From IMG/VR virus record IMGVR_UViG_3300044647_001578, positions 1 to 64,000 of that record: a DNA stretch of 64,000 bases; one strand, written 5' to 3'. A model generated the notes under the pieces. It searched no databases, had not been told where the DNA came from, and saw nothing but the letters and a program-made list of their open reading frames with translations. This stretch comes from a virus. Its lineage: Duplodnaviria; Caudoviricetes. Positions 57,301-64,000 of this stretch are shown here, piece by piece; position 1 is the stretch's first letter; each line of letters begins with the position of its first letter. The position numbers and the translations under genes were made by a program.

Positions 57301-60300
57301 TTAATTTCGTCAATAGCAATTTTTTCTTGATCAAGCATTAATTGCTTTTCTTGACCACTTGAAAAGTATGTTCCATCCTTAGCTGCTTTTTTACGTGCTT
57401 CCTTTAAAGCTTTTGCTTGTCTAGACTCGACATCCGTAGACAAAGCCATCATTGCAGTATTTAGCTGATTTGCTTGTTCTGTTGCATCACGGTTAGTTGC
57501 CATTGCGGTAGTCAAACTATCAATTGCAGATGCTGCAGCAGACGCTGTATCCTTTATGTCATTAAATCCTTGTGAACGAACTGTGTAGGCTGCGGCATTT
57601 GCTGATTGGTCTGATAATGCGTACATAGTGTATATCTTTTTAGCCGCATCTTCTGCTGACATGCCCATAGCGATCAATTGTTCTTTAAGTCTTATGGCAA
57701 GCTCTCTCTGTTTTTCTGGGTCTTCGTTGCCCGTTTGATTAATTAAAGCTACTTGATCAGAATAATTAGTTTTAACTTCTTTTTTTAACTTCTTGTATTC
57801 TTCAATAGTTATATCTAGTGGGGTTCCAGATCCTTGCATGCTTTCGTATAAAAGGGTATTTCTTTCTTTTAATGCCTTTGCATTATTGATTGCTTCTTTT
57901 ATTTTGTCATTAAAGTTTGTAAACTTAAGGCCTGCTTTTTCTGCAGCTTCTGCAGTCATTCCATAACCTAATGCGTTTAGTCTAAGGGCCTCTTTGTGAG
58001 CCTGCCACCTATCGTAACCATATTTGGCTATTGCAGCACCTGCTCCAACAGCAAGATTAAATCTAGTAAATATGCTTAATGATATTCCAAGTGCTTTGCT
58101 GAAAAGATTTGAGCTTCCAGTTAGCTTGCTTAGCATTGTTCCATATTTAGTTAGCTGCGGAGCACCCGTAATTTTGTTAGCTCCAACTGCACCTATTGGA
58201 GTTCTTGCTTGTATAAATTTATTACCCATAATGCTTGTGCCTTTTCCTGCACCTGCATTCATCATGCTTCCCATAGCCAAGAATGGAAGGATTGATCCAA
58301 CTTGTTTAATTACATCTCCTTGGGTTCCGCCAACTTTATCGCCAGCATAATTTGCACCTTGCTGTATTCCAAAAAATAATAATAGCTGCTTTAGCATTGG
58401 GACTATTCCACCAAGCCTAAAGCCATTTGGAATAGATCCGCCAGCTTTATATCCATTTGGAATTATTCCACCAGCATTTCTTGGAACAAATAGTTCTGGC
58501 CCCTTCTCTCCAACAATGTATGGCTGGCCTGCATTAACTGGTCCGCCCTTTTCTCTTCCCTCTAGCTTAAATATTAATTGTTTTAATGCATCTGTAATTG
58601 AAGTATCTTTTTTAGATTCCCAATTTGCAAACTTCTTTCTAAGTATTTCTCTATCTATTTGAGAAAGAACTTTTCGTCCAAGAGGATCGGACAAAGTTGA
58701 AGATGCAGCAGACCTTATTACTGTATCCATAATATCTGGCTCTAATGCTTTTATTAGCTGGCCTTTTGCATTTTTTGTATAGCCGTACGGCATTTCTTTT
58801 GCAAGTTCGCCTGCTAGCTTGTCGTAAAGAATTCTTTGAGTTCTCTTTGTTAGCCCTGTTGATGCAAAAAGCTTTTCAGCCATTCCAATTTCTAAAGAAG
58901 TAACTCCCCAACCACCAGTTGAGTCTTTGCCAAATCCTGCTCCAATTCTGTGAAGCGCTTTGCCTTTTGTGATTGCTCCAATTAGTCCGCCTAATATAAA
59001 TCCATTTTGTGGTGTTTTAAAAGCATTGTCGGAAAGGCTTACTGCATGTCCAGACTGCCTACGCTTTAGCTCATCTGCTGCAAGCATTTTAGCAATTGCT
59101 GCGGGAGTCATTGTTTTTTCTGGAGACATTGTTACTGATGAATGAACTCCGTGCAAGTCCTGATAGGTTTTTCTTCTTGCATCAGATAGTCTTTCAATCA
59201 TTGCATTGTAAATAACTTTTTCTTCTGCGGTTAAATCAGGGAATCTTGCAACAGTTTGCTTTAGTTTAGGCAAAGCTTCATTAATTTCTTTAAGCATTCG
59301 ATCATTGTATTGATCTGCTGTCATCCCTTTTGGAATATCTGAAGTTGCTTCAGCAAAGAATTTTTTTGTGCTGCTTCCCTTTACTCCTAGCAAGTTAACC
59401 ATTGCTTGGTGTTTAAAAGAAGGCATGATTGCTGAATAATCTCTAAGGCCAGATGCTGTAGAAAAAACTCCAGCTGGGCCGACGTCTCCCAAAACATTTC
59501 CAGAAAGGTTTCCTCTTCCTAAATCTTTATCTCCACGCAAGGCAGAAGCAACTAGCTGTCTGAAGTACTGGTCGTTTGTAAATTTAGAGTCTGTTGATGC
59601 AAATCTTGGATCATACTCAGACTCTAGTGCAAGAAGTTTTCTTTTTCCAGCAGGGTCTGTTGGGTCTTTAATTACAACAATTTTTTGTTTTGGTGCATGA
59701 AGCCCATGAACTTCACGAGCAATTTGTGTTGCTCTCATTTCAGCTAAAGCTGCTTTTTCATCTAATACTGGCTTTACGAATACCTTGCTTCCATCTTTTG
59801 AATAAATACCACCAATGCCTGCAACTGGAAAGCTTCTTCCTGTTGTAGGAGAAAGTATTTCTCCATATTCAGTAACTTGCTTTTTTGAAAATCTAGAATC
59901 TTTGACTGCTTGATCTGCTTTTACCATTGCAGTTTTTGCTGCTCTTTGGGCTTCTACTTGTTTAATGGATCTTGGCATTCCAAGGAATACTGTTCCTCCT
60001 GGGAACAATCTTTGTGCCATTGGAACCTGGCCGCCATCATTTAATCCTATGTTTTCGCCAATTTCTCCACCAGCGTTTCTTCTTGCAATAATTTTAAGTG
60101 CGTGACTTACTCCACTAGATGTAGTTAGGAGTGTGGCTAAATTAGTGCCTTTAGCCCAAGAGGGTAGCCTAGAACCTATTGTTCTATTTTCACTTACCCA
60201 GGTTAGTCTGCCATCTTTTCTTTTAACTATCTGGCCTTTTTGAATTGAGTTATTAGGCTTTCCTGTTATTAGTCCACGAGCTATGGCTTCATCTTTAGTT

Positions 60301-63300
60301 AAAACCTCTTTAGCTCTTTCAGTAAATACTTGAGATATAGCAGAAAATAAATTTCTTCTTCCGCCAGCTTTTGATGGGTCAATCCTAATTCCACGCAAAG
60401 CAGGCTTAAATATTTCTTTAGCAAGTCTTTCAAAACCAAACGGGTCGAGCTTGCCGCCGATCATCCTGCTTGCATTTTCTGGAAGTTCTAATTTACGAAT
60501 CAATTCTTTAAGCGCTGCTGAGTTTCTTCTTTCTGCTTGAACCGCATCCCCACCTAGTGTGACTGCTGCTTCATTCATTAAGCTGTTCGGATTCATTCCA
60601 GAATCTAAGGTTGCTCTTATTAAGCTTGCTATGTAACTTCCAGTTAAACCTTTTCCATTAGAATTTACTCCAAGATTTAATTCTCTTGGAAGTAGCAATG
60701 CCATTCCGCTTAAGTCTTCTGTAATATGTGTTCTTTGTAACGCTAGCTTTTTAGGATTTCCTAAACCGCCTCCACCGTTTCTTCCAAGACCAGATGTATT
60801 TCCTGGTCCGCCGTTTAGCTCGTACATTAAAGGCATATTTCTTTGTGCAATGTGCGCTGGTATTACTGCTTCTCCAGGTGTTAATACAACTGGGACCTGA
60901 CCACCTTCTTGTGCATAATAAGATTTGCCTCCAAGAATATTTGTTATTAACGGTAGATGCTTTTCAGTAGCAGCTTTATTGATTACAAATGATCCAGGCT
61001 CAGCTGTTGTATGGTATGTATCTGTGTTGCCAGTTCCTGGAACAAAACCACCTTTTGCAAACTTTGGCTTTGTTGTTTCTATGTTGTATCCAGCACCAGA
61101 AGTTCTTACCCCGCCAAGAGCTCTTGCGATTCTATCAACCATTGCTTTTGTAGGTCCTTTATGGAACATCTCTTTCATATTAGACTTTCCTGTAGCTGGA
61201 TCTACTACTGGCTGAGAGGTTAGTGGTACTGTTCCTAGGTTTGCTGTTCTGCCCATTCCCGCTGCAGTTAGTCTTGTTGTTTCTGCAAGCATTGCTTCTA
61301 CTGTTGCATTTAATGAAATAATTCTTGCTCTAGCTTGTTCTACTGTTATTTTACTTTGCTGAACTTGCTGAACAATTGCTGCAGTTTCTTTTGCTGCAAG
61401 GTCTGTTATCTGGCTAAACTCTGGCAACAATGCTTGGTAAGAATCAGATAAGCTTGATGTAACAGTTCCTGTTGCCATCACTTCCGCCTTTAGTATCTTA
61501 AGCTCTGCTTCAGATTGCATAGCAATAGCGGCTGTCATTGCATGCCATTTTGCAGCTTCTGCTGCAACAATTCCTGTGGAGGTTCCTCCTATTGATGTTA
61601 GTCCAGGGATTTTTGGTAGATCGCTGTCCATATAAGCCTGTGGATTTCTGCCAACTCTTATATTTACTGGCTTTGATCCTGGTACTGTTCCAAATATTGT
61701 TCCTGCTTGTGGATTTCCAGATGGAATTAAGTGAGACATGTCTCTAGAATATGGTGCACCAACTAGTGGATTATTTTTATCTACCACTCTTCCAGCGGGT
61801 CCTGCTGCCATAATTACTCCGCCTGCTACTGTTGATACTGCTGGCTGAACAGATACTTTGGCTGCATTTGCTTTTGCTTCTAGATTTATAAATGATTCTG
61901 CAAGTGTATTTACTGCATTAGATAAAACAATAGTTGCTTCTGTATCCGAGTAGAACGATGTTGCAAGACCTTTAGCAGCAGCATCTGCGGCTATGATCTC
62001 TGGTGTTAATAATTTAAATCCGTGCCCACCCTTTGCTAATTGTCTTAGATGGAATATTCCCTTGATTACATATCCAATAAAGTTGCCCATAACACCCGTC
62101 AACATAATAAGAGGTCCAGCAATTGCTGTGAAACCTCCTAATACATTTAATAATGTTTTAACTGGCTCTGGAAGCTTCTGGAAAAACTTTATAATTGCGT
62201 CGACAACTTTTAATACCTTTGTGCTTATTCTTAAGAATTGCTCTCCTGCGCCAGCTAGGTCTGCTTGAACTGATGCCCAAGCTCTCTTGAACTGCCCAGA
62301 GGCTGATTCTGTCATCATCTTTAATTCTCGATCTGAAATTGCTGCTAGTTCTGTTACGCTAGCCTTCATTAAGTCCATTACTTGAAGTGTTTGTGATCCA
62401 GACTTTCCTAGGTTTTCAAATAACGCCGACATTCTTGCAAACTGGAACTTACCAAATAGCTGTTCAATTGCTCTTGATTTATCTAGCGGATTAAGATTGT
62501 CTAGTGCGGCCTGCAATGATAATATTGTTGCAGTTAGATCACCAGCATTATCATTTACAATACCCTTTAGATCAATTCCAAATCCCATAAACTGCTCTGT
62601 TGCAACTTTAGTTGGGTTAATAAGTGATGCCATCGCTGACTTAATTGCGTTTGCACCTTCTGATGCATTTACTCCGCCTTCTTTCATTGCAGTAAGGTAG
62701 AGCGCTAAATCTTTTACATCTCCGCCAAGAGATTTAATTACTGGACCAGCTTTAGGAATTGCTTCAGTCAAATCTGCAAGGCTTGTTGATGTCTGGTTTT
62801 CAACTGCGTTGAGGAAGTCAATTGATTGTGCTAGTTCATCGGTGCTCTGCTTAAAGGCATTTTGAATTGCAAGAGTTGCTTTCATCGCATCTTGTCTATC
62901 AACTTCACCAAGCACGGCAAGTCTTGTTGTTTGCTGCGTAGCGGCAATTAAATCATTACCCTGTTGTCCTGTTGCTGCTAAGTCTGCAGCGAGTGCGATT
63001 GTTTCTTTATAGGCAACACCATAAGAGCCAGCAATTTCTCTAGCTGTTGCAGTAACATCTTTTCTTACCTGTGCCAGATCTGCAGATGAAGTTGCTGCAA
63101 GCCCTCCATAAACTTTTGTTAATCTTACTAATTCTGCGTCTGCTTCTCTGAATGCTTTTTGTGCTGCCGCTCCGAACATAACCAAAGGAACAGTTAGTCC
63201 TACTGTAAGCTGGCGACCAGCCCATTGGGTATTTTTACCCCAGTTAATAAGACCTGTTGATCCGTCAAGCATTACCTTGTTCATTATTGCGGCTTCTTGT

Positions 63301-63764
63301 CGAGCAATAGCCATCTTGTTCTTTATTTCATCAAGACCTTTTGCAACCATGACATTGTATTGCATTTGTCCTTGTGCATTTTTGCCTACAGGTTGAACTA
63401 TAGCCTGTTGCAGCATTACCTGCTGCTTAGCTAAGTCTCTAATTAAATTGCTTGTCTTCTTTGTATGGCCGCTCCAAGCATTATAATAATCGTTGAGCTT
63501 GAGGCGACCTCTATCTAAGTTCTTTCCGAACTTGTCTACGTCTGATGATAGGGATACAAAGTGTTGCGAGAACTGTCCTGTTGATGTTAGCGTTGTTGCA
63601 AACGACTTGTTCATCACAGCAATTTGATTTGCTAGTTTTGCGTTTGTTCCCGCTGTTGTTTCTTGCAGTTTTATGAGTTGGGCAGTAACCGCAGCTAGCT
63701 GAGCTCTTAAGCTCGTAAAGTCTGCGTGGGCGGTAATATTGGTCGTTATTATATTATCTGCCAT
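51300..63764 (-). CDS. giant multidomain tape measure protein (4154 aa) with kinase, OmpA-like and unknown cargo domains
   Basis: N-terminal TP901-type tape measure core (GRQLTVGLTVP...LFGK); between chaperone and Dit-like genes; internal enzyme motifs. Confidence 0.92.
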   Translation of the reverse strand: MADNIITTNITAHADFTSLRAQLAAVTAQLIKLQETTAGTNAKLANQIAVMNKSFATTLTSTGQFSQHFVSLSSDVDKFGKNLDRGRLKLNDYYNAWSGHTKKTSNLIRDLAKQQVMLQQAIVQPVGKNAQGQMQYNVMVAKGLDEIKNKMAIARQEAAIMNKVMLDGSTGLINWGKNTQWAGRQLTVGLTVPLVMFGAAAQKAFREADAELVRLTKVYGGLAATSSADLAQVRKDVTATAREIAGSYGVAYKETIALAADLAATGQQGNDLIAATQQTTRLAVLGEVDRQDAMKATLAIQNAFKQSTDELAQSIDFLNAVENQTSTSLADLTEAIPKAGPVIKSLGGDVKDLALYLTAMKEGGVNASEGANAIKSAMASLINPTKVATEQFMGFGIDLKGIVNDNAGDLTATILSLQAALDNLNPLDKSRAIEQLFGKFQFARMSALFENLGKSGSQTLQVMDLMKASVTELAAISDRELKMMTESASGQFKRAWASVQADLAGAGEQFLRISTKVLKVVDAIIKFFQKLPEPVKTLLNVLGGFTAIAGPLIMLTGVMGNFIGYVIKGIFHLRQLAKGGHGFKLLTPEIIAADAAAKGLATSFYSDTEATIVLSNAVNTLAESFINLEAKANAAKVSVQPAVSTVAGGVIMAAGPAGRVVDKNNPLVGAPYSRDMSHLIPSGNPQAGTIFGTVPGSKPVNIRVGRNPQAYMDSDLPKIPGLTSIGGTSTGIVAAEAAKWHAMTAAIAMQSEAELKILKAEVMATGTVTSSLSDSYQALLPEFSQITDLAAKETAAIVQQVQQSKITVEQARARIISLNATVEAMLAETTRLTAAGMGRTANLGTVPLTSQPVVDPATGKSNMKEMFHKGPTKAMVDRIARALGGVRTSGAGYNIETTKPKFAKGGFVPGTGNTDTYHTTAEPGSFVINKAATEKHLPLITNILGGKSYYAQEGGQVPVVLTPGEAVIPAHIAQRNMPLMYELNGGPGNTSGLGRNGGGGLGNPKKLALQRTHITEDLSGMALLLPRELNLGVNSNGKGLTGSYIASLIRATLDSGMNPNSLMNEAAVTLGGDAVQAERRNSAALKELIRKLELPENASRMIGGKLDPFGFERLAKEIFKPALRGIRIDPSKAGGRRNLFSAISQVFTERAKEVLTKDEAIARGLITGKPNNSIQKGQIVKRKDGRLTWVSENRTIGSRLPSWAKGTNLATLLTTSSGVSHALKIIARRNAGGEIGENIGLNDGGQVPMAQRLFPGGTVFLGMPRSIKQVEAQRAAKTAMVKADQAVKDSRFSKKQVTEYGEILSPTTGRSFPVAGIGGIYSKDGSKVFVKPVLDEKAALAEMRATQIAREVHGLHAPKQKIVVIKDPTDPAGKRKLLALESEYDPRFASTDSKFTNDQYFRQLVASALRGDKDLGRGNLSGNVLGDVGPAGVFSTASGLRDYSAIMPSFKHQAMVNLLGVKGSSTKKFFAEATSDIPKGMTADQYNDRMLKEINEALPKLKQTVARFPDLTAEEKVIYNAMIERLSDARRKTYQDLHGVHSSVTMSPEKTMTPAAIAKMLAADELKRRQSGHAVSLSDNAFKTPQNGFILGGLIGAITKGKALHRIGAGFGKDSTGGWGVTSLEIGMAEKLFASTGLTKRTQRILYDKLAGELAKEMPYGYTKNAKGQLIKALEPDIMDTVIRSAASSTLSDPLGRKVLSQIDREILRKKFANWESKKDTSITDALKQLIFKLEGREKGGPVNAGQPYIVGEKGPELFVPRNAGGIIPNGYKAGGSIPNGFRLGGIVPMLKQLLLFFGIQQGANYAGDKVGGTQGDVIKQVGSILPFLAMGSMMNAGAGKGTSIMGNKFIQARTPIGAVGANKITGAPQLTKYGTMLSKLTGSSNLFSKALGISLSIFTRFNLAVGAGAAIAKYGYDRWQAHKEALRLNALGYGMTAEAAEKAGLKFTNFNDKIKEAINNAKALKERNTLLYESMQGSGTPLDITIEEYKKLKKEVKTNYSDQVALINQTGNEDPEKQRELAIRLKEQLIAMGMSAEDAAKKIYTMYALSDQSANAAAYTVRSQGFNDIKDTASAAASAIDSLTTAMATNRDATEQANQLNTAMMALSTDVESRQAKALKEARKKAAKDGTYFSSGQEKQLMLDQEKIAIDEINSQVENQVYLTKEVVDEMAKIDPSIRQIVNEQETALSLWQKTRIQVKGYTGDLRALNAEQTNDLYNLQISLGKKVESANREGVLKKQYADLDRMLQLQTKYQKAARGQSVADQISDRDKIASLQKQIDANNKLADARLKALDAAKQEGDIGREIAKKQAEYDAALATGNIAGAQQASLDIQGYQSELQYNAQKKSIEDSNILKNVPLQKLIEAIQSKQQGISDNAQLAGEKLGDLSGKITDTESAISEVNTAMLNWQIELLKKPEAERQAWRTGEQSKKMLAAVADAAEKAGVKLNGLKDLDLGAAMVASLEGKLGALSTIDVNGNVIINIDGKRLNIGPDSGSGTRSDPYNLGKAGTGTTTIPGASLESYGNARKDWGPMGISQRLEALAKERGVNPGEFFSVTDKDGKISTFKVRDNGSIERTGNPYNRADGGHIRGAGTATSDSIPAYLSNGEYVIKADSVSKYGVETFDALNAGKYAAGGPINPTPQSKHNSSFGTGGSNINVNMQGGKLMGPIEAWQDANKQIIKIEVPPITANFATNSYTLNKEQRLELQAIAKDLIKHKLASIVVQGHTDSVGKGKDNKILSQNRANAIAEYMSKFVPGTAFTPVGYGEYRPLVPNTTAENRARNRRAELFLPDKYKTIYPEFVPEKHETFLSKGKIEGGGSIGPNGTLVSGGSMESVIDWGKLFKKVKKAIGFHTGGEVGHRHGRNLPKTKSKYKTVDQYREEQGMNLGNTSSAGNSGGTNWLKFLEPGEVSDPSKRSDWSNLVHSFSNTMTPVMKHTNPGGPILYELFGKYLQQSATNIYAGEGKWNDYTSIGSTFAGGPIAKGVGLVLKSIPKALQAIKVGQKLKAGNFDDLMNIGKSTKGKSRPSIMQAADGSVHYMKIMQDVMEGAFEVTGSTIAKRFKMPSTDNILGSWKNLSVILSKDFASKGMKTLEDAGAMLPHGALDMDWLKANASMKSFGKMRAVSSILGHGDMHPGNLLLKGKKTLGAFDWGMIDSLTNPAETALKAGSTLVGKQASQFTKGFASVRKSIAKQGPEKFIDDILTKSGITDEGQLKVLRSVLERNVKSLLDLKIPGKFHKGGAVHPHRADGSHEVTMSAMTPQKQAATDKAMDKLYEKNPDYYKNKNGEWTKKGPSQWEKYTTASNWKGLFQNGGGTGAIYDDITSKILTLTFGPNASKMNSTGKDFKKGEWITGGLNLLTAGLTGTVSTAFGRAFIEQLGISKGIPGLGALLPKGSFPFLGAAGSKLATNAATAAVIGGARPFVESKLAPTIQKPKVKVTAEQFKPNNVYPPYVLHEGMSVPLHSGGPFGNDAVVFQGIDENLSSLLTNHQVSAVIPTTPEGILSYVLKKDPSNKKAQDLLDKINSGYQWGDRDVKEFLMNMLAAGNVNLKNVDPYAITNSSSSEGLIQLISAMKGNAKDSIAIKSKTKAMAPILSRMAEEYAEKARLAKIAADARTEYNGGLRGGFFGNRGEEPLTRAEIAAYRARGMEPHYIPTTPDDIPMIRVFNDEFPRTDGQGDLFETAAGFKIFDRFVGPKGSVAGTDDAASHSIARTSRHFGIYDAVQSHMQGAWKPDKPFIVSTLSNLMKYNGKPEQLHSADSYFLQGFGKPFHYSKKEGQLSSVFPLEESAYISKLKELGLHKDGEPLPVITENPSTKEIFYLSKEKYSQRELDEILKEVNENKNLRPIEQFDAAKKSDPDHVRMYGDQDFYAPARNPYEGDAGQSAQRALQILAIDKAKKQIGIDQPYSYAVGGEHQSLNQETIMELAAKLGVRFDGGHNSSDIDMLARSSGSNPFTSILNTYRTSIGEIGPGISTTQKALDALLMWTRFGKYQSGKIYPNENDLKAMRDSIIGQYANGAISNKEFMEKIAQISDLMDDDMVRGATGGYLKGGKFNIPKFETGINSVPVDMLAMLHKNEAVVPANMNPFNPNANNATMGGATYNITNNINGFDGDINQLSNIVTQKTITAIKTLDSRNSKMSGTSMTVGVK

Positions 63765-63773
63765 ATATATATG

Positions 63774-64000
63774 TTACTCTATAGAGTATCCTAATCCTGC
63801 TCCGATGCCAAATCCAGCTTCTGCTGCAAAACCACCTTGTAATGAAACAACATCATCTGCTGATGCTCCTATACCAAGTGCTCTTCTTCTAACATCTTCG
63901 AAGGTTGATCCCTCCCCATTTTGATTACTGCTTTCATTTAATTCAACACCCTGAATTAAAGCTAAGAACTTTCTTTTCTCTTCTTCAGTTTTTTGCATTG
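63774..64000 (-). CDS. tail assembly chaperone, partial (5' end outside window)
   Basis: Open frame directly upstream of TMP. Confidence 0.55.
   Translation of the reverse strand, partial: MQKTEEEKRKFLALIQGVELNESSNQNGEGSTFEDVRRRALGIGASADDVVSLQGGFAAEAGFGIGAGLGYSIE

Noticed and set aside
51300-63764. Classical R-S-E ADP-ribosyltransferase or lytic transglycosylase domain in the TMP
   Set aside because: I looked for these but found no convincing motif by eye; the unknown segments are left unassigned.
1-64000. Alternative genetic code, integrase/prophage context, or reverse transcriptase (DGR/retron)
   Set aside because: Core genes are intact under the standard code, and no integrase, host gene block or YxDD RT was seen in this window.

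Overview
A 64 kb slice of a large, AT-rich, apparently lytic long-tailed dsDNA phage with an actinobacterial host (WhiB, an Lsr2-type RGR domain, leaderless promoters). The gene content resembles phages of freshwater low-GC Actinobacteria; this host assignment is inference. Bases 1-2329 hold small, mostly acidic + strand genes. A gene-free convergence zone follows (2330-2884) with DnaA boxes, repeated promoter cassettes and phased repeats. Everything else is on the - strand. It comprises an accessory region (HNH, PnuC-like, glutathione peroxidase, APS kinase/nucleotidyltransferase fusion, LLM monooxygenase, thioredoxin, subtilase, HslV-like protease, WhiB, secreted surface proteins, Hsp20, CHAP lysin), six tRNAs and six dispersed 2OG-Fe(II) oxygenases. 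It also comprises the terminase, a replication/recombination block (RuvC, Cas4-like, RecA, MazG, DnaE, SSB, primase, DnaB) and tail genes. The standout is a 4154-aa tape measure protein built like a polyprotein: recurring xxxGG linkers and GE-x-V modules bracket globular cargo (two HipA/PI3K-like kinases, an OmpA-like peptidoglycan-binding domain and three unidentified domains). This suggests a virion-delivered polymorphic effector cassette. All calls come from reading motifs by eye; no database search was run.
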